39,809 bases of DNA, taken from positions 1 through 39,809 of the forward strand of contig JAVVFY010000007.1 of assembly GCA_032249395.1 (NCBI GenBank). The letters run 5' to 3'. The notes under the pieces were generated by a model that did no database searches, was not told the origin of the DNA, and worked only from the letters and a program-made list of their open reading frames with translations. Both the position numbers and the translations under genes were made by a program. This DNA is from Candidatus Aenigmatarchaeota archaeon. GTDB taxonomy: Archaea; Aenigmatarchaeota; Aenigmatarchaeia; CG10238-14; SpSt-28. Positions 27,911 through 36,568 of this stretch are shown in pieces (positions within the stretch are counted from its first letter, which is position 1; every line of letters starts with the position of its first letter).

Positions 27911-30216
27911 CTTTTTAACCTCTTTCTTTCTCTTTTCCAATCTTCGAAAAGTTTTTTACAAGCTTCAACAACTTCTTCCTCTTTTACGCCAAGTTTTTCT
28001 GCAACCTCTCTTAATAACATCTCTTTCTCCCTTAAATAATTAATAGCTCTTTCTCCACTACAAAATTCTAATCTAACAACGCCATCTGCTATTCTTTTTG
28101 CGCCCAATATTAGGATATATCCTATTTCTTTAGTAGAGGATAACATATTATGAGTGCCACTACAGGCTTCTATCTCTTCGCCTATTTTAACTATTCTGAT
28201 ATTTTTTTCAGGTACAGCACCACCCTGATATATTCTAAAGCCATACTTCTTTTCAGCTTCTATTCTATTTTCTACTTTTATTTCTATTGGAAGATCTTTT
28301 TCAACTATTTCGTTGGCAATTCTTTCTACTTTTTCTATTTCTTCATCAGTTAATTTCTCAAAATGCGTTATATCTAGTCTTGCTTTATCTACATCTACCT
28401 TGCTGCCAGTTTGCCATACCCAATTACCAATCGTTTTTCTAACCGCATAATTTACTATGTGAGTTGCAGAATGATGCTTAGAAATTATAATTCTCCTTTC
28501 TTTATCTATTTTACATTTTACAATTTCACCTTTTTTTAGGTTGCAGTTTTTAACTTTGTGGACAATCATCTTCCCTATTTTTATTACGTCCTCTACTTCA
28601 CAATCATTTATGAATCCTTTGTCACATTCTTGACCACCTTGTCTAGGGAAAAACGCCGTTTTGTCTAGCACGACATAGTTATCTTTAACCTCTACTACTT
28701 TAGCTTCAAATTCAAATATAGGCATATAGTAAAGGGGAATGGTTTCGATTTCTTCGATATCTATTGATGTTCTTTCTTCTTTGCTAACTGTTGCATGCTT
28801 CTTATGAAGTATTTCGTAAAATTCTTTAGTAGATTCTAGCCCTAGTTGCTCTGGTGATATTCCGTAAGTCTCATACAATTTAACTAATTCTTCTGTAGTG
28901 AGCGGTTTTTTATAGTTTGCTTCTATTATTTTTCTATTTCTTGATTTCGATTCTTCAAATTTCCTCTTTTCGACCTCTATAACTTTCACTATTTCGTTTT
29001 CGCTCTCTTTCAATTCCGGAAATATTGAGCTAAGAGAATAAGCGTGCCATATAGCAATTTCTTCCAAGCTTACGTTGAATGAAAATTTTTCTATTAAATT
29101 TAGTGCTCTTCTTAGTATCACTCTAAGGAAGTATCCTGCACCAGAATTACTTGGCAAACCACCATCGCAAATAGCAAAAGCTAAAGCTCTTGCATGTTCT
29201 ATAATTGCATAAGCTGCTTGAATTTTCTCAATCTTTTCGATGAAATCTTTTTCATCTATTTTCATCTTTTCGATGATTTCTTTTTTTGCTCTTTTTGTAT
29301 CGACCAAATCCTCTATATTTAACTTTCCAGAAATTTTGGAGTATCTTTTAAATATCTCTTTATCAATTTCTAACCCCGTTTTTTCAAAAAACTTTTCAAT
29401 AACTTCTTTAAATACAGCATCATAAGCAGTTAGAGTTGCCGCTGAAAACCATGCCAATCTTTCAAGGCCCCATCCAACATCAACAACTTTCATAGGGAGC
29501 TCTTTTAATCCATCCTTCCAAGTAAAATACATAAATCCAGAATTACAAAGCTCCAAACCTAGGCAAAAAGTCTCTATGTATGGGCCTAAAGCAGAAAAAT
29601 CTGGCATTGTCCATAGATCTTCGACGTAAATTATTTTCTCTTTTGGTATTTTTAATTCTTCAGTTAAAAATCTAAAGTTAAGCTCAATAGTTTCATTTTT
29701 CCAGTATCCTTCTTTAGGATAGTTGAACGAGTGTTGTCCCGGCATAACAAATGCTGTAAAGTGTCTTCCTGTTACTCCAACGTTTAAAATATCGTTAAAC
29801 CTAAGACAAACTTGAGGAACTATCAAAGGATTTGCTGGATATTCAAATACCATTATACCATTATCAAATCTTTGGAAATTAACGATGGAAGCAATATTAT
29901 AGTAAATATCATTTCTCCATCTCGCTAAAACCGGATATCTTGGAATTGAAGCATGCCCATTCTTAACGAAAAATTCTTCCATTTTTTTCCAAACTTCTAC
30001 GTAGCTAAGTTTTTTTGCTATCGGATTATCTATAAAACCGTATTCCTCTCCACATTCAGGATCGGGGCAATGACTCCTTTCTTCAATACTCCAAAAACCT
30101 TTTCCACAATTAGGACAAATTCTTCTTTTGAATCCTTCTTTTTCAAAGAGCTCCACTTCCCAATATTTTTTCGGTTCCTTCTGAAATATTTTTAAAATTT
30201 CTCCCTTTGTTACCAT
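27907..30216 (-). CDS. alaS: Alanyl-tRNA synthetase (archaeal type, C-terminally short)
   Basis: VGVTGRH, VDVGWGLER, editing HSATH, YQGG and EACSGTH. Confidence 0.96.
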   Translation of the reverse strand: MVTKGEILKIFQKEPKKYWEVELFEKEGFKRRICPNCGKGFWSIEERSHCPDPECGEEYGFIDNPIAKKLSYVEVWKKMEEFFVKNGHASIPRYPVLARWRNDIYYNIASIVNFQRFDNGIMVFEYPANPLIVPQVCLRFNDILNVGVTGRHFTAFVMPGQHSFNYPKEGYWKNETIELNFRFLTEELKIPKEKIIYVEDLWTMPDFSALGPYIETFCLGLELCNSGFMYFTWKDGLKELPMKVVDVGWGLERLAWFSAATLTAYDAVFKEVIEKFFEKTGLEIDKEIFKRYSKISGKLNIEDLVDTKRAKKEIIEKMKIDEKDFIEKIEKIQAAYAIIEHARALAFAICDGGLPSNSGAGYFLRVILRRALNLIEKFSFNVSLEEIAIWHAYSLSSIFPELKESENEIVKVIEVEKRKFEESKSRNRKIIEANYKKPLTTEELVKLYETYGISPEQLGLESTKEFYEILHKKHATVSKEERTSIDIEEIETIPLYYMPIFEFEAKVVEVKDNYVVLDKTAFFPRQGGQECDKGFINDCEVEDVIKIGKMIVHKVKNCNLKKGEIVKCKIDKERRIIISKHHSATHIVNYAVRKTIGNWVWQTGSKVDVDKARLDITHFEKLTDEEIEKVERIANEIVEKDLPIEIKVENRIEAEKKYGFRIYQGGAVPEKNIRIVKIGEEIEACSGTHNMLSSTKEIGYILILGAKRIADGVVRLEFCSGERAINYLREKEMLLREVAEKLGVKEEEVVEACKKLFEDWKRERKRLKR

Positions 30217-30393
30217 AGTTTATAATTGATTGCAAATTTTTTAATATTAGTTTTTCTTTTAAGTTTCATCAAAAAATGAAGGAAGTCAAGAAACTAGATG
30301 CAGAAATGCTAAAAAAGTGTTTTAGAATCAATAACTTGTAAGCGTGAGAAAAAAAGTTGAAATAAATAATTAAACCCTAGAATTCTAATGCGG

Positions 30394-31860
30394 TTAGTCT
30401 CCTTTTATCACAGCAATTGGTTTCAATCTAACAACTCTTTTCGCTAAACCCGCTTTCTCACAAACTTCAGCAACTTCATCAACTGGTTTGTATGCTTCTG
30501 GAGCTTCTTCAGCAACTCCTTTCCAACTCCATGCCTTAACTAAAATTCCTCTTTGTTGCAACTTTCTAGCTACTTCCTCCCCTCTAAATTCTCTTAACAT
30601 TTTTGCTCTAGAAGCTCTTCTTCCTGCTCCATGAGCTATAGAAGCAAAAGATTCTTCTTCAGCTTTCTTAGTTCCAATTAAAATATGGCTTGCATCACCC
30701 ATAGAACCAGGAATGAGTGATACCAACCCATATCTTCTATATTTTGCTGGTGTGCCAGGCCAATCAGGACCATAAGCTCTTGTAGCCCCTTTTCTATGAA
30801 CTAAAACTTTCATCTTCTTCCCATCTATTTCATGCTCTTCAAGCTTAGCCATGTTGTGGGTAATGTCATAAATTAAATTTAATCCTAAGCTTTCTGCATC
30901 TTTCTTAAAAACTTTTTCAAAACTTTCCCTAATCCAATGAGTTATCATTTGCCTGTTAGCAAAGGCAAAGTTTGCTGCAGCGTTCATAGCCCCAAAATAA
31001 TCATAAAAAGTTTTAGTACCGCTAGGAGCAAAAGCTAGTTGTCTATCTGGTAATTTCCTTAACCAATCTTTATGTTCTCTTTCCATAATTTGTAAGTAGT
31101 CTGTAGCTACCTGATGACCCAATCCTCTAGAACCGCAATGAACCATAACAGTAACTTGTCCTACTTGCTCTATTCCTAAAGCTTTGGCCACTTCAGGTAA
31201 ATATATTTTATCAACTACTTGAATTTCTAGAAAATGATTACCAGAACCCAAAGTTCCAAGCTGATCCTTTCCTCTATCAATAGCTTTTTTGGAAACTTTT
31301 TCTGGTTGGGCTAATTTTTCCTCGTTACCATTATCTTCCATATACTCTAGATCTTCTTCCCAACCATATCCATTTTCCACTGCCCATTTCGCTCCATATT
31401 TTAAAACATCGTGCATTTTCTCTGAAGCTAATTTTATTACTCCACCTTTGCCAACTCCAGCAGGAACTGCTCTAAAGATTTCATCAACCAACTGCTCTAA
31501 ATACGGCTTTATTTCCTCGTGAGTAAAGTTTGTCCTTAGTACTCTAACTCCGCAGTTTATATCGAAGCCTACTCCACCTGGCGATATTCCTCCTTCTTCA
31601 TAGCTAATTGCTGCTACTCCTCCTATAGGAAAACCGTAACCCCAATGCATATCTGGCATTGCTAAAGACCATTTCTGAATTCCGGGCAAAAATGCAACGT
31701 TTGCCACTTGTTCTATTGCTCCCTCTTCAACATCCTTAATCATTTCTTCTGACATGAATATTTTTCCAGGAACTCTCATTCCTGGTTTTGCATCTTTCGG
31801 CAATTCCCATTCATAGTCACTAATTTTCTTCAGTTTATCTTTCAAGCTAATTTTAACCAC
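30394..31860 (-). CDS. rtcB: tRNA-splicing ligase RtcB
   Basis: MPDMHWGYGFPIGG, DINCG, GSGNHF, HRKGATRA, PGSMG, HGAGR, EEAPEAYK. True start may be ATT 31851. Confidence 0.97.
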   Translation of the reverse strand: MVKISLKDKLKKISDYEWELPKDAKPGMRVPGKIFMSEEMIKDVEEGAIEQVANVAFLPGIQKWSLAMPDMHWGYGFPIGGVAAISYEEGGISPGGVGFDINCGVRVLRTNFTHEEIKPYLEQLVDEIFRAVPAGVGKGGVIKLASEKMHDVLKYGAKWAVENGYGWEEDLEYMEDNGNEEKLAQPEKVSKKAIDRGKDQLGTLGSGNHFLEIQVVDKIYLPEVAKALGIEQVGQVTVMVHCGSRGLGHQVATDYLQIMEREHKDWLRKLPDRQLAFAPSGTKTFYDYFGAMNAAANFAFANRQMITHWIRESFEKVFKKDAESLGLNLIYDITHNMAKLEEHEIDGKKMKVLVHRKGATRAYGPDWPGTPAKYRRYGLVSLIPGSMGDASHILIGTKKAEEESFASIAHGAGRRASRAKMLREFRGEEVARKLQQRGILVKAWSWKGVAEEAPEAYKPVDEVAEVCEKAGLAKRVVRLKPIAVIKGD

Positions 31861-31879
31861 CCCAATTGAATTTTAACAT

Positions 31880-31947
31880 TTTATTGGCGTGCAGAACTAG
31901 CTGCACGCACCGTTTCCGCAAATTTAGCAGCGGTGCGTGCCAACAAA
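31880..31947 (-). promoter_or_regulatory. GC-rich structured element in the rtcB 5' leader with bulge-helix-loop motif
   Basis: P1 TTTGTTGGC/GCCAATAAA; P2 ACGCACCG/CGGTGCGT enclosing CTGC-TAAATTT-GCGG-AAA; P3 GCAG/CTGC. G-U pairs favour the - strand. TATA-like TTTTAAAT at about 31986-31979 upstream. Confidence 0.65.
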
Positions 31948-32060
31948 TTTTTCAGATACTTAACATTTGAAAAGTTGATTTAAAAGCTTTAAGTTTTGAT
32001 AAAGTTAAGAAAATAATCAAATTTATAGAGTTTAAAAAGAAATTAAAATAAGGTGGTTGA

Positions 32061-32891
32061 ATGAGCAAAATTCTACCAATGTTGTTGATAACATTGCTAG
32101 TATTCTCGGTAACATCAGTTGCTCTTGTAAAAGCACAAACAAGTAACTCAGATATAGAAAAATTAGTATTCATTCATTACAAGAAAGGTTCAGGAAAACC
32201 ACCAGTAGAAGTTTTAAAATGCGAAGAACCAAACGCATTAGATATTGTTAAGGAATTGTATGCCAGCAGAGGAATAACTCTTCAAACAATGGCTAAGTTG
32301 AAAACACCAAAATGCTACACTTTCTTAACACCAACGAAGGTTAAGTGGAAGACATTACCAGTAAGTTATGTGATAAATCCAATCAATCCTCTACAGCAGT
32401 TAGATGAAAATCAACTCATTTCAGCAATATACAATGCAGCTGAAGAATGGGATTCTCATACAAGTGTTGAGTTAATGAATAACCAATATACTATAGATTA
32501 TTCAGCAGCTCCAGGAGTTCAAGATTATAGAAATGTGATTGGTTTTGGAAATTACAGCGATCCAAATGTTATAGCTGTAACAACAGTTTGGTATAGCAGA
32601 GTAACAAATCAAATAGTAGAGTTTGATATGATGCTTGATACAGATTGGATTTGGGGAGATGCAGTAGCTCAATGCAATTCAAACGAAACTTTCACAAATT
32701 CAACTTGCACAATTATGGACATTCAAAATATAGCAACCCATGAATTTGGACATGCAATTGGTCTAGGAGATATTTATGATTCAAGTTGTTCAGAAGTAAC
32801 AATGTATGGTTATTCAGATTATGGAGAAGTTAAAAAGAGAACTCTAGAACAACCAGATATAAGAGGACTACAAACTCTCTATGGAGCTTGA
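32061..32891 (+). CDS. Secreted matrixin-like (M10) zinc metalloprotease
   Basis: Signal peptide; HEFGHAIGLGD zinc motif followed by Met-turn TMYG. Confidence 0.88.
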   Translation: MSKILPMLLITLLVFSVTSVALVKAQTSNSDIEKLVFIHYKKGSGKPPVEVLKCEEPNALDIVKELYASRGITLQTMAKLKTPKCYTFLTPTKVKWKTLPVSYVINPINPLQQLDENQLISAIYNAAEEWDSHTSVELMNNQYTIDYSAAPGVQDYRNVIGFGNYSDPNVIAVTTVWYSRVTNQIVEFDMMLDTDWIWGDAVAQCNSNETFTNSTCTIMDIQNIATHEFGHAIGLGDIYDSSCSEVTMYGYSDYGEVKKRTLEQPDIRGLQTLYGA

Positions 32892-32985
32892 ATCCTTTCT
32901 TCCTTTCTTTTTTAGTTGCAAGTTTTTAAAATGAATTTAGATTTCAAATAAGTTAAAAATGAAAAAGTAAAGGTGAATGTATCTC

Positions 32986-34089
32986 TTATCTTGTTATGCT
33001 CGCATTTTTAACAATCTCATAAAGTTTTCTTGCTTTTTCATCTTTTTCAAAGTGGCTTCTTATTGGTTCTAAAATTAAGTTCAAGTGTTCAGCGACTGCG
33101 TTTTTCAAATCGAGAGGATGAACTTTTCCTTCATCATATGCTTTGGCAAACTCTTCATAACTTTTGAATTCTATCTTGCCACCAAACTTCTCCTCTCTTT
33201 TTATTACAAAACTGTCAAACTTCCTGAAAATTATGTATCTAACAATTTCAACTATCGGATTGTCTTCTATTTGCTTTGGAGGACAAAATGCATTGAGTAT
33301 TTTCTTTTTAATTTCTTCTTCGCTATCGTGAATGAAAATAGCAGTCTCGGGCTTGCTTTTACTCATCTTAAAGCTAATTTGTTTGTTTATTGATTCATTT
33401 TCATCAAAAGTTCCCATTCTGCCAGAAGCTTGCAATCCCATTAACAAATGATGATGTATAGCTACAGGTTTTTTTCTTCCTAATTCTTCAACAATTTCTC
33501 TAACTAGCATATTTACTTTTCTTTGGTCCATGCCAAGCTGACAAATATCAACACCTTTTTTATCGTTTAGCATTAAAACGTCTGTAGCTTGCATCAAAGG
33601 ATAAATAAGCAAGGAAGGATTTTTTACTTCGCTTTCCTCTCTTCCAGCAATAGTCACAGCTCTTAATGTTCTTTTTATCGTTACAAGCTTTGAGATTTTT
33701 AGAAAAGTTTCCCAATATTCTGGGTCTTTGATTAAATCGCTGCACCAAACAATTTTTATTTTGCTTATATCTACTCCACAAGCTTTCCATCCTTCTATGA
33801 AGTATTCTCCAGCTTTCCTTATCAACTCTAAATTTCCACCTAACTTATTGTTTAAGTAAGCAAACCAGTCTGCAATGTAGAGTATGAAATCAATTTTTGC
33901 TTCAATGAAATCTTGAAGTTTTATTGCTCTTAGTAAACCAGTACCGATATGCATTAAACCGCTTGGTTCAAAGCCATCGTAAGCAACTATCCTATCTTTG
34001 GTTTTCAACAGTTCTATAAGTTCTTCTTCAGTTACTATTTCTTCAGTTGGCTCTCTTTTAATTAATTCAAATCTTTTTTGCCAATCCAT
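32986..34089 (-). CDS. tyrS: Tyrosyl-tRNA synthetase
   Basis: AYDGFEPSG.MHIG, YPLMQATD, GMDQRK, KMSKS, VHPLDLK. Confidence 0.97.
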   Translation of the reverse strand: MDWQKRFELIKREPTEEIVTEEELIELLKTKDRIVAYDGFEPSGLMHIGTGLLRAIKLQDFIEAKIDFILYIADWFAYLNNKLGGNLELIRKAGEYFIEGWKACGVDISKIKIVWCSDLIKDPEYWETFLKISKLVTIKRTLRAVTIAGREESEVKNPSLLIYPLMQATDVLMLNDKKGVDICQLGMDQRKVNMLVREIVEELGRKKPVAIHHHLLMGLQASGRMGTFDENESINKQISFKMSKSKPETAIFIHDSEEEIKKKILNAFCPPKQIEDNPIVEIVRYIIFRKFDSFVIKREEKFGGKIEFKSYEEFAKAYDEGKVHPLDLKNAVAEHLNLILEPIRSHFEKDEKARKLYEIVKNASITR

Positions 34090-34193
34090 TTTTTAATTAA
34101 AATTGGAAACTTATAAGAATGAAGACTGATAAATATTGAAAGGTGGATTTTGTAAAAGAGACTTTAGGATTAAAAAGAAAAATAATTTATCAT

Positions 34194-34268
34194 GGCCGCG
34201 ATAGCGTAGCCTGGTCAGCGCGGGGGCCTGTGGAGCCCCATGCCCGGGTTCAAATCCCGGTCGCGGCC
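34194..34268 (+). tRNA. tRNA-His(GTG) with genomically encoded G-1, no intron
   Basis: G-GCCGCGA/TCGCGGC-C acceptor, anticodon arm GGGGC-CTGTGGA-GCCCC, T arm CCGGG-TTCAAAT-CCCGG. Confidence 0.96.
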
Positions 34269-34292
34269 TTTGGCCTCATGAGAAGTGGTTCT

Positions 34293-35236
34293 ATGGTAAA
34301 GGCAGTATTTCTATTTTCAACTAGTTTATACGGTCAGTTATCATTCCATTTGTTAAAAAAGTTGGTATAGAGGTTATTGTTTTGGTTATCACAACTCCAT
34401 TTAACAAGATTAATGAAGCCGTTTTGAATGAGAGAAAGAAAGAAGCTAAGGTTATCTTTTATGGAGCAAAAGACGATTATTTGCAAATTGTAAAAAAATC
34501 CTAAGTTTGGTTATGGAAGACAAATGAATCCTTGTATTGATTGCAAGATTTACATGTACAAGATTGCAAAAAATTTTTAGAAGAAGAAAAAGCCGGTTTC
34601 ATGGCTACAGGAGAGGTCCTGAACCAAATAAGCTTTTCTCAAAACTTAGATAAATTGAAATTAATTGAAAAGGAAGCTGGTGTTGAAGGACTAGTTGTTA
34701 GACCTTTATCTGCGAAACTTCTTCCTAAAACTTTGTAGAAGAGAAAGGATTGATTAACAGAGAGAAGCTCTTGGATGTTAAGGGAAGGGAAAAAAACTTA
34801 AACTGGTTAAAGATTAGGAATATCCATTTATTCTCAGCCTGCTGGTGGTTGTTCACTTACAGATCCAATGTTTTTAAAGAGGTTAAAAGATTTAATGGAA
34901 CACAATCCAAACTTTGATCTATAAGATGTTGAATTGCTAAAAATAGGAAGACATTTTAGAATTGGAAGATCTAAGCTAACTCTTGGGAAAGATTAAAGCG
35001 AAAGCAATCTTTTGGAAAAAATGAGAAACCATCTTGTTTTAAAGCCAAAAAGCAAAGGACCGACTGGAATTTTCGTTGGAGAAGAAAGTGATTTAATGCT
35101 TGCTTGTGAAATACTAACAAGTTATTGTAAAGACGAGAAAGTTGTTATTGAGTTATTGAAAAATGGAGAGAAAATAAAAGAAGTTGAAGTCCAAAGAAAG
35201 AATAAAGAAGAATTTAGAAAATATATGATTGTTTAA
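34293..35236 (+). pseudogene. Decayed ThiI/MnmA-like tRNA thiolation protein (PP-loop family with NPCIDC/TGEV/PAGGC motifs)
   Basis: Motifs KAVFLFS, PKFGYGRQMNPCIDCK, ATGEVLNQ, RPLSAKLL, PAGGC.LTD and GRHFR lie in different frames. At least 5 frameshifts and 2 in-frame TAA; PP-loop eroded to STSLYG. Confidence 0.85.
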
Positions 35237-36414
35237 ATTTTTGAGAAAACTATTTTCCAGAGTTTTGTTGGATTTAATTTCATCCCTTTAGCAGCTTCAA
35301 ATTCATCAAAAGTTTTAAATTTCTTTTTTGATTTTAGTGGGGAAATTAGAACAGGAACATTTCCAAATTCATGCTTTCTTGTTTTACATGAAGTTATGTG
35401 GTCTGTTGTTATTACAATTCTTCCTTCAAAATTTCTGTAATTTTCCAAATATTTGTCGAACTCTTCTATAACTTTTTTCTTTCTCTCAAAATCTCCATCA
35501 TGAGCAGCTTCATCAGTCCATTTTATGTGAGCATAAATGAAATCATAGCTTGGTAAACTTTCTTCTATTTTTTCAAAAATAAATCTTATTCCATTTCTAT
35601 AATCTAAACCTTCTGGAATTTCTATTGCATCAAATCCAGCTAGCATGCAAGTTGCTTTCATCACTCCAGCTTCAGAAATTACTAAAGGCCTTACATGGAA
35701 TCTGCTTCTGAATGAAGGTCTCAATGCGATTATCTTGTTTCCAGGTTCTCTGAAAAGCAGATAATTAGCTGGCGGCACCCCCTTTCTAGTTCTTTCCTTG
35801 TTGGCTTTATGTTTTTCTAAAACTTTTACAGCTTTTTCTAAAAACCTTTTCACAATTTCTACAGAGATTTCAGCTTGTTTATCTTTTGCTACAAATTCTT
35901 TTGGTGGAAGATTATTGCTAAGAGGATCGTTAGCTTCAAAATTGTCGCTCAATTTTTCTTTTATTACTAAAACTGCTCTGTGACCATAAGTTCTTTTAAA
36001 AACAAATGGAACACCAATTTTTATTTTGTTTAATGCTTTAGCAAGTCTGTCTAAACCGTAAATATTTCTTCCAGCTCTCCTATCAACAATAATTCCATCT
36101 TTAATCGTTGCAAAATCGCATCTTAAAGCAAGCCAACCATTCTTCATTTCTATTCCTGATGAGATTGCTTCTAGGACACCTCTTTTTAATGGGAACTTCT
36201 TTATATCATAACCAAGCAAAGAAATGTTTGCTAAATGGCTAACACTAGCTCTTGTTTGCTCGTTCCAATCTGATTTTTTAAACAATTGTAAATTGGCTAC
36301 GATTCCTTTGTTAGCTAAAAAATCTATATTAGGTTTTTTTGCTTCGCTTAAAGGAGTTTTATCTTCTGGTAAATCTGCCAAACCATCGAAAGCAAAGAAT
36401 AATGTCTTCATCAT
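35233..36414 (-). CDS. apgM: Cofactor-independent phosphoglycerate mutase (archaeal ApgM family)
   Basis: FDGLAD, TPLSEA..PNID, DRRAGR, DEAAHDG, TTDH motifs. Confidence 0.85.
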   Translation of the reverse strand: MMKTLFFAFDGLADLPEDKTPLSEAKKPNIDFLANKGIVANLQLFKKSDWNEQTRASVSHLANISLLGYDIKKFPLKRGVLEAISSGIEMKNGWLALRCDFATIKDGIIVDRRAGRNIYGLDRLAKALNKIKIGVPFVFKRTYGHRAVLVIKEKLSDNFEANDPLSNNLPPKEFVAKDKQAEISVEIVKRFLEKAVKVLEKHKANKERTRKGVPPANYLLFREPGNKIIALRPSFRSRFHVRPLVISEAGVMKATCMLAGFDAIEIPEGLDYRNGIRFIFEKIEESLPSYDFIYAHIKWTDEAAHDGDFERKKKVIEEFDKYLENYRNFEGRIVITTDHITSCKTRKHEFGNVPVLISPLKSKKKFKTFDEFEAAKGMKLNPTKLWKIVFSKI

Positions 36415-36568
36415 TAATCTTCGTTTCTCAAATTAAATCTTTTTGAGGCATTCATTCTTATATCAAATAGTGAATAATGATAAGAAACGAAATAACAAAA
36501 ATATGTGTTTTCATTGATACGCGCATTAGTGAAAAAGTTGAACTGCCCTTAATTTAATAGTATTTCTA

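Noticed and set aside
30277..30342. 21-codon ORF between alaS and rtcB (similar tiny ORFs near 10979 and 36477)
   Set aside because: No SD, motif or recognisable homology.
31873..31968. TTAACATTT repeated on both sides of the rtcB leader structure as a target-site duplication (MITE)
   Set aside because: 9-mer of A/T-rich sequence, not flush with the inverted ends; no transposase or second copy in the window.
34143..34370. 75-aa ORF
   Set aside because: Runs through tRNA-His; only its last 25 codons belong to the pseudogene.
34541..35236. ORFs 34541-34738 and 35012-35236 as separate genes, or as an intron/programmed-frameshift gene
   Set aside because: They are fragments of one pseudogene; too many lesions, in-frame stops, a degraded active site and no BHB geometry at the breaks.
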